Shown here: piece by piece, positions 56,516 to 64,000 of the stretch
Layout: the number at the start of each line of letters is the position of its first letter
Numbering within the stretch: position 1 is the stretch's first letter
From: an uncultured Candidatus Rokubacteria bacterium
GTDB taxonomy: Bacteria; Methylomirabilota; Methylomirabilia; Rokubacteriales; DASRDR01
Length of the DNA: 64,000 nt
NCBI GenBank assembly: GCA_963826115.1
Contig: CAWGVS010000005.1
Span: 1,696,001-1,760,000, forward strand
Reading direction: 5' to 3'
Position numbers and translations under genes: made by a program
The notes under the pieces: generated by a model
Told to the model about the DNA's origin: nothing
The model's input: the letters and a program-made list of their open reading frames with translations, nothing else
Database searches by the model: none

Positions 56516-58507
56516 ATGGCTCATCGGTCGGTGCGCGGCGACGTCCGAAGCGTCTGGATCGCCGACGTCAGACCCGAGCTGGACCGGGGAAGGCATCCGG
56601 TCAAGCGCGAGGTCGGCGCGACGTTCGAGGTGACGGCGGACGTCTTCCAGGAGGGTCACGGCGGCCTCGCCGCCGTCCTGCGCTACCGCGCCGTGAAGGA
56701 TACGGCGTGGCGCGAGACCCGCATGGAGCCCCTCGGCAACGACCGCTGGGCCGGCCGGTTCGTCCTGGAAGAGAACACGCGCTACGTGTACACGCTCGAG
56801 GCCTGGCCCGACGCCTATCGCACCTGGGCCGACGACGTCCGGCGGCGCCTGGATGCCGGGATGGACGCGACGAGCGAGCTCTTCGAAGGCGTGGCCCTCC
56901 TCCGCGACGCGCTCGCGCGCGTCGCCGGCGCGGACCGACGCCGCCTGGAGGCACGGATCGCCGAGCTGGAGGGGACGAGCGACGCCGGCCGGCGCGCGCG
57001 CCTCCTCCTCAACGAGGAGGTCGCGGAGATCCTCGATGCCTACCCTGACCGCGGGGCCGCCACCCGGTACGACCTGGAGCTCGAGGTCGTCGTCGACCGG
57101 CCGCTCGCGCGGTTCGCCGCCTGGTACGAGATGTTCCCGCGGTCCCAGAGCCCGGTGCCAGGGCGCCACGGCACGTTCCGCGACTGCATCGAGCGCCTCC
57201 CGACCATCGCGGACATGGGCTTCGACGTCCTCTACCTGCCGCCGATCCACCCGATCGGCCGGAGCTTCCGGAAGGGGCGCAACAACGCTCTCGAGGCCGG
57301 TCCCGACGACCCGGGCTCGCCGTGGGCCATCGGGAACGAGCAGGGAGGCCACAAGGCGATCGAGCCAGCCCTGGGCACCCTCGCCGACTTCCGGACCTTC
57401 CTCCGGGCGGCGCGGGACCACGGGCTCGAGATCGCCCTCGACTATGCGCTCCAGTGCTCGCCGGACCACCCGTGGGTGCGGGAGCACCCCGAGTGGTTTC
57501 ACCACCGGCCGGACGGGACCATCAAGTACGCCGAGAATCCCCCGAAGAAGTACCAGGACATCTACCCGCTGAACTTCGCGGGACGCGAGCGCGAGGCCCT
57601 CTGGGAGGAGGCGAAAGCCGTCCTCCTCTTCTGGATCGAGCAGGGTGTCCGGATCTTCCGCGTGGACAACCCTCACACGAAGCCCGTCCCGTTCTGGTCG
57701 TGGCTGATCGGCGAGATCCAGGCCCTCTACCCGGACGTGATCTTCCTCGCCGAGGCCTTCACGCGCCCGCGCGTGATGCAGGCGCTCGCCAAGGTCGGCT
57801 TCACCCAGTCCTACACGTACTTCACCTGGCGGAACTTCAAGCAGGAGCTGATCGACTACCTCACGGAGCTGACGCGCGGCGAGATGGCGGAGTACTTCCG
57901 GGGGAGCTTCTTCACGAACACGCCGGACATCCTCCCGCCGATCCTCCAGGAGGGCGGGCCGCCCGCGTTCCGGATGCGGCTCGCGCTGGCCGCCACCCTC
58001 TCGCCGCTCTACGGGATCTACAGCGGCTACGAGCTCTGCGAGAACGCCGCCATCCCGGGCACCGAGGAATACCTCGACTCGGAGAAGTACGAGATCAAGG
58101 CCCGTGACTGGGACGCGCCGGGGAACATCCGCGCCTACGTCGCCCGCCTGAACCGGATCCGCCGGGAGAACCGCGCGCTCCACGAGCTCCGGAACCTCGT
58201 CTTCTTCGAGAGCGATGACGAGCACGTCCTTGCCTACGGCAAGCGCAGCGTGGACGGGGGAAACGCCGTCCTCGTCGTCATCAACCTGGATCCGTTCGCG
58301 CCGCACGAGGCGCGCGTCAACCTCCCGCTCGAAGACCTCGGGCTCTCGGCCGACGCCCCCTTCCAGGCCCACGAGCTCGTGTCGGGCGAGCGCCACCTCT
58401 GGCGGGGGGCCACCCAGCACGTGCGGCTCGATCCGGGGATCGAGCCGGCGGCGATCTTCCGCTTGGAGCGGTTCGGCCCGCGCGCGTACGGGACGCCGTG
58501 CTACTGA
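56516..58507 (+). CDS. glgE: Alpha-1,4-glucan:maltose-1-phosphate maltosyltransferase
   Basis: Motifs WYEMFPRS, LPPIHPIG, QCSPDHPW, YAENPPKKYQDIYP, FRVDNPHTKP, LAEAFT, NTPDIL. Confidence 0.95.
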   Translation: MAHRSVRGDVRSVWIADVRPELDRGRHPVKREVGATFEVTADVFQEGHGGLAAVLRYRAVKDTAWRETRMEPLGNDRWAGRFVLEENTRYVYTLEAWPDAYRTWADDVRRRLDAGMDATSELFEGVALLRDALARVAGADRRRLEARIAELEGTSDAGRRARLLLNEEVAEILDAYPDRGAATRYDLELEVVVDRPLARFAAWYEMFPRSQSPVPGRHGTFRDCIERLPTIADMGFDVLYLPPIHPIGRSFRKGRNNALEAGPDDPGSPWAIGNEQGGHKAIEPALGTLADFRTFLRAARDHGLEIALDYALQCSPDHPWVREHPEWFHHRPDGTIKYAENPPKKYQDIYPLNFAGREREALWEEAKAVLLFWIEQGVRIFRVDNPHTKPVPFWSWLIGEIQALYPDVIFLAEAFTRPRVMQALAKVGFTQSYTYFTWRNFKQELIDYLTELTRGEMAEYFRGSFFTNTPDILPPILQEGGPPAFRMRLALAATLSPLYGIYSGYELCENAAIPGTEEYLDSEKYEIKARDWDAPGNIRAYVARLNRIRRENRALHELRNLVFFESDDEHVLAYGKRSVDGGNAVLVVINLDPFAPHEARVNLPLEDLGLSADAPFQAHELVSGERHLWRGATQHVRLDPGIEPAAIFRLERFGPRAYGTPCY

Positions 58508-58549
58508 GGGTGCCGCGCGCCATGTCGCCGCCGCCGGAGGGCCCCCGCC

Positions 58550-60220
<1,671 letters not shown>

Positions 60221-60263
60221 GCGCGGCCGGCTCGTCGAGCGGGGCCGAGGCGGGAGCGTCGCG

Positions 60264-61496
60264 CTGAAAGTCCTGATGCTGACCCGCGAGTATCCCCCGG
60301 ACGTCTACGGCGGGGCCGGCGTCCATGTGGAGCACCTCGCGCGCGAGCTGGCGAAGCTGGCGGCCGTCGAGGTGCGGACCTTCGGCGACCAGCACGTGGA
60401 CGAGGGCCGCCTCGTCGTCGAGGGATACCGGGCCGCGGCTGACGTGCCCGACCCGCCGGAGGGCACCTTCCCCTTCGCGCCCGTCGTCCGCGCGCTGCGC
60501 GTCTGCCTGAGCCTCGGCGTCCAGCCGACCGACGCGCACGTCGTCCACTCCCACACCTGGTACGCGGCGTTCGGCGGCCTCCTGGCCCGGCTGGTCCACG
60601 GAATCCCGCTCGTCGTGACCGCCCACTCGATCGAGCCGCTCCGGCCGTGGAAGCGCGAGCAGCTCGGACGCGGCGCCGACCTGTCGGCGTGGGCCGAGCG
60701 AGTGGCGCTCGAGGCCGCCGACGCCGTCATCGCCGTCTCCACGGAGATGCGCCGGGACCTCCTCCGGCACTTCGCGGTCGCGCCCGAGCGCGTGCACGTG
60801 ATCCCGAACGGTGTCGACACGGACGTCTACCGTCCCGTGTCCGGGCGGACGCGGCTCCAGCGCTTCGAGATCGATCCGGCGCGCCCCTACGTCCTCTTCG
60901 TCGGGCGCATCTCGCGGCAGAAGGGGCTGCTCCACCTCGTGCGCGCGATCCCCCAGCTGGCCTCCCAGGCGCAGGTCGTCCTGTGCGCCGGCGCGCCCGA
61001 CACCCCAGAGATCGCCCGCGAGGTCGAGGCTGCCGTGGCGACGACGCGCGCAGGTCGGTCGGGGGTCGTGTGGATCCCCGAGATGGTGGACCGGGCGACC
61101 GCGGTGGAGCTCTACTCGCACGCCGCGGTCTTCTGCTGCCCGTCGGTCTACGAGCCCTTCGGCCTGATCAACCTCGAGGCGATGGCCTGTGAGGTTCCCG
61201 TGGTCGCGAGCGCGGTGGGCGGCATCCCGGAGGTCGTCGCCGACGGGGAAACCGGCCGGCTCGTGCCGGTCGACCTGATCGAGCACGACGGCGTCGTCGA
61301 GCCACGCGATCCCGAGGGCTTCTCGCGCGAGCTGGCGCGCGCCCTGAACGGCCTGCTCGCGGACCCCGGACTCCGTCGCACGATGGGCGTGAAGGGGCGC
61401 GCCCGGGCGGTCGCCTCCTTCAGCTGGGCCGCGGTGGCTCGCCGGACGCTCGAGCTCTACGGCACCCTGGCCACGCCGACCCGGGAGCCCCGGTGA
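60264..61496 (+). CDS. glgM: GT4 glycogen synthase of actinobacterial type (alpha-maltose-1-phosphate synthase, GlgM/GlgA)
   Basis: Motifs [59 protein letters not shown]. Start is CTG 60264 or ATG 60276. Confidence 0.88.
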   Translation: MKVLMLTREYPPDVYGGAGVHVEHLARELAKLAAVEVRTFGDQHVDEGRLVVEGYRAAADVPDPPEGTFPFAPVVRALRVCLSLGVQPTDAHVVHSHTWYAAFGGLLARLVHGIPLVVTAHSIEPLRPWKREQLGRGADLSAWAERVALEAADAVIAVSTEMRRDLLRHFAVAPERVHVIPNGVDTDVYRPVSGRTRLQRFEIDPARPYVLFVGRISRQKGLLHLVRAIPQLASQAQVVLCAGAPDTPEIAREVEAAVATTRAGRSGVVWIPEMVDRATAVELYSHAAVFCCPSVYEPFGLINLEAMACEVPVVASAVGGIPEVVADGETGRLVPVDLIEHDGVVEPRDPEGFSRELARALNGLLADPGLRRTMGVKGRARAVASFSWAAVARRTLELYGTLATPTREPR

Positions 61497-63730
61497 GCGC
61501 CAAGCGCCCGCCCTCGAAACGCGTGACCCCCGTCGGGACCGACGCGCCGTCGTCGAACGAGCTCGTGACGCAGGCGGCCGCGGCGCTCCCCGAGACGCTC
61601 GGCGCGCGACGGTGGTTCGGGAGCAAGAACCGTGAAGTGTCAGAGGTGGTCCCGGTGGACCACGCGGCGGTGCCGGGCACGATCGGCGTCCTCGCGCTCT
61701 TCGACGTGGTCTTCGCGGACGGGCAGCGCGAGCGCTACGACGTCCCAGTCGCGCCACCCGGAGCCGACGGGGCGCCGTTCGCGGATGCGATGGGCGACCC
61801 TGCATTCTGCCTGGCCCTCCTCGACGCGATCCGCCGCGGCGCGACCCTGGCCGGCGCGCGCGGCGTCTTCCGGTTCGCGGCGACGCCGGCGCTGCTCGAG
61901 ATCCTGCCGGAGGCGCCCAAGGAAGCCCACCCGGTCGTGGGCGAGCAGAGCCACACCTCCGTCGTGTACGACCGCCGCGCGATCCTGAAGCTCCTCAGAA
62001 AGCTGGACGCCGGTCGGAGCCCCGAGCTCGAGATCAGCGACTTCCTGACACGCGAGGCGGCCTTTCCGGGCACTCCCCGGCTCGCCGGCGCCGTGTCCTA
62101 CGAGGCCGACGGCGCGGAGCCGGTGACACTGGCGGTCCTCCACGAGTTCGTGCCCAGCCACGGCGACGCGTGGACCGCGGCCCTGGCGCGCCTCGGCGAG
62201 TACTACGCGGCGGCGATCGAGGGCAAGGGCGAGCAGTCGCCCGATCCCGCCTTCTCGCGGGCCCTGGCGGCGGCCGACGCGCACGAGGCCGCGCGGCTCG
62301 GCGCGCTGACCGGTCGGCTCCACCGGGCCCTCGCGTCGGCCCGGCCCGGGCATCCGCTGGCGCCCGAGCCGATCTCGGCGACGGACGTCGCCACATGGAC
62401 CGATGGGATGCTGGACCAGCTCCGCCGCGTCGGCGACGCGCTCCAGGCGGGGCTCCCCGGGATCCCGGCGCCGCTTCGCGAGCGCGCGGAGCGCGTCTCG
62501 GCCGACGGGGCTCGCCTCGCCGACGAGCTTCGCGGGCTCGATGCCCTCACGGCCAGCCCGGTGATGAAGGCGCGCGTGCACGGCGACTACCACCTCGGCC
62601 AGGTCCTTCGGACGGCGGACGGCTTCGCCATCCTGGACTTCGAGGGCGAGCCGGCGCGGAGTCTCGCCGAGCGCCGCGCGAAGCAGTGCGTCCTCAAGGA
62701 CGTGGCCGGGATGCTTCGCTCGTTCGCCTACGCGGGACAGGTGGCGCTGGCCCGTCACCTTGAGGCGAGCCCCCACCACGCCCGTCTCGCGGAGCGGCTG
62801 AGGCCGTGGGCGGAGGCCTGGGAGGAGGGCGTCCGGACCGCGTTCGTGGACGCCTTCCTCGGGGAAGCGGTGCGACCCGGCGAGCCCACCCTGGTGCCCG
62901 CCGAGCGCGAGGGCTTCGATCGGGCGCTGCGCGCCTACGAGCTGGACAAGGCCGTGTACGAGCTCGGGTACGAGCTCGCGAACCGACCGGCGTGGGTGCC
63001 CGTGCCCCTCGTCGCGCTCGAGCGCGCGATCGCCCGGCTCCCCGGCCCGGCGCCGGGTCGGCTCCGACCCGGCGAGGGTCCGTTCGCCTTCACGGCGTGC
63101 ATGGAGCTCAAGGAGTTCGTCGGGCTCCGGGCGGAGAACGAGCGGCAGCTGGCCCAGCTCCTCGACGAGGTCCCGCTCGACTCGATCTACTACCACACGC
63201 ACGGATTCCTGCTGCGCCACCGGCTGGCAACCGGCCACTACCCGAACGACTTCGCCACGTGGGTGGACGTCCAGGTGCGCGACCGCGTCCTGGGCGAGCG
63301 ACTCGCGATGGTCGATCCCGCCGACTTCATGTCCCTCCAGGCCCTCCGGGAAGAGCTGGTGTCCGTCGTGGACGAGCACCTCGGCCGGCTCGGCATCGTC
63401 CCCCAGGTGGTCTCGGGCGAGCCGTTCGACTTCATCCAGTCGAGGATCGTCGAGGTCCCGACGGGGATCGAGGCGCGCACGCTCCAGGAGCTCCGGGACG
63501 CGCTCCTCGAGATCGACCAGAGCGCCATCTACTTCCATCTCGTGGAGGCGCGGCTCAGGCTCGGCCGGGCGAGCAACGACTTCGCCGCGTGGCTGGAACG
63601 GGGACTCGGCCTCCCCGAGCTGGCGGCGCGCGTGCAGTCGGTGAACCCGTACGCCGGAAGCCTCGAGCAGGCGCGCACGCGCCTCGTCGCGCTGCTCGAC
63701 GAGGCGCTCGCCGGGGGCGCGGGGCGATGA
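61493..63730 (+). CDS. Maltokinase (Mak/Pep2) fused to a C-terminal DUF5752-like domain
   Basis: Kinase motifs RRWFGSK, EQSHTS, HGDYHLGQVL, DFEGEP, DVAGMLRSF, KAVYEL.YE. Then a duplicated domain with SIYYHTH..NDFATW and SAIYFH..NDFAAW. Confidence 0.85.
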   Translation: MSAKRPPSKRVTPVGTDAPSSNELVTQAAAALPETLGARRWFGSKNREVSEVVPVDHAAVPGTIGVLALFDVVFADGQRERYDVPVAPPGADGAPFADAMGDPAFCLALLDAIRRGATLAGARGVFRFAATPALLEILPEAPKEAHPVVGEQSHTSVVYDRRAILKLLRKLDAGRSPELEISDFLTREAAFPGTPRLAGAVSYEADGAEPVTLAVLHEFVPSHGDAWTAALARLGEYYAAAIEGKGEQSPDPAFSRALAAADAHEAARLGALTGRLHRALASARPGHPLAPEPISATDVATWTDGMLDQLRRVGDALQAGLPGIPAPLRERAERVSADGARLADELRGLDALTASPVMKARVHGDYHLGQVLRTADGFAILDFEGEPARSLAERRAKQCVLKDVAGMLRSFAYAGQVALARHLEASPHHARLAERLRPWAEAWEEGVRTAFVDAFLGEAVRPGEPTLVPAEREGFDRALRAYELDKAVYELGYELANRPAWVPVPLVALERAIARLPGPAPGRLRPGEGPFAFTACMELKEFVGLRAENERQLAQLLDEVPLDSIYYHTHGFLLRHRLATGHYPNDFATWVDVQVRDRVLGERLAMVDPADFMSLQALREELVSVVDEHLGRLGIVPQVVSGEPFDFIQSRIVEVPTGIEARTLQELRDALLEIDQSAIYFHLVEARLRLGRASNDFAAWLERGLGLPELAARVQSVNPYAGSLEQARTRLVALLDEALAGGAGR

Positions 63731-64000
63731 CGGGCGCCCGGATCGAGGACTACCGCGACGTCGCGCCGCGCGGCGCGATCGACCTCCTCCTGAAGCTCGC
63801 GGAGCGGCTCCGGGGCCGGCGCTTCGTTCATGTGAACGCCAGCCGGTACGGCAGCGGGTCGTCGGAGATTCTGGCGCGGCTCGTCCCGCTTCTCCAGGAC
63901 CTGGGTGTGGACGCGACCTGGGAGGTGATCGTCGGGGACCCGGCCTTCTACGGGGCGACCCGCGCGCTCGAGACGGCGCTCGGAGGCCAGCCAGCGACCA
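63727..64000 (+). CDS. TreT-like trehalose glycosyltransferase, N-terminus (3'-truncated by the window edge)
   Basis: ATGA overlap. MTGARIEDYRDVAPRGAIDLLLKLAERLRGRRFVHVNASRYGSGSSEILARLVPLLQDLGVDATWEVI resembles the TreT N-terminus. Confidence 0.7.
   Translation, partial: MTGARIEDYRDVAPRGAIDLLLKLAERLRGRRFVHVNASRYGSGSSEILARLVPLLQDLGVDATWEVIVGDPAFYGATRALETALGGQPAT

Overview
A very GC-rich, densely coding bacterial window. The gene repertoire and style resemble Candidatus Rokubacteria/Methylomirabilota; this is an inference, since no marker gene is present. I found no rRNA, tRNA, CRISPR array, integrase or transposase. Main blocks: (1) 0.6-8.3 kb, a DgcA-like flavoenzyme/EtfA/DgcB-like Fe-S membrane protein/EtfB/benzoate-CoA-ligase cluster, preceded by a small Cys-tailed peptide gene. 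(2) 8-27 kb, mixed accessory and housekeeping genes (HD alarmone hydrolase, MFS, NUDIX, TrkA, UxaA-like dehydratase, orphan SBP with acyl-CoA dehydrogenase, PdxH-like, sorbosone dehydrogenase, class A PBP). (3) 27.2-29.8 kb, a halohydrin dehalogenase (both diagnostic motifs present), a DUF2848-like protein and an epoxide-hydrolase-type gene. (4) 30-40 kb, a signal-less VPS10/BNR hydrolase plus a Dpp/Opp ABC importer. (5) 40-47.8 kb, a ~2050-aa histidine kinase built from 10 tandem GAF cassettes (conserved linkers, divergent cores), followed by a DivK-like regulator and a REC-nucleotide cyclase. (6) 47.8-52.5 kb, hisN, acyl-CoA dehydrogenase, a CDF transporter, Rid and SDR genes. (7) 52.5-64 kb, a sugar ABC importer divergent from otsB-glgE-treS-glgM-mak::DUF5752-treT. 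Four small insertions between 44.98 and 49.6 kb break two genes and may be sequencing errors. All product calls come from motif recognition by eye; no database searches were run.
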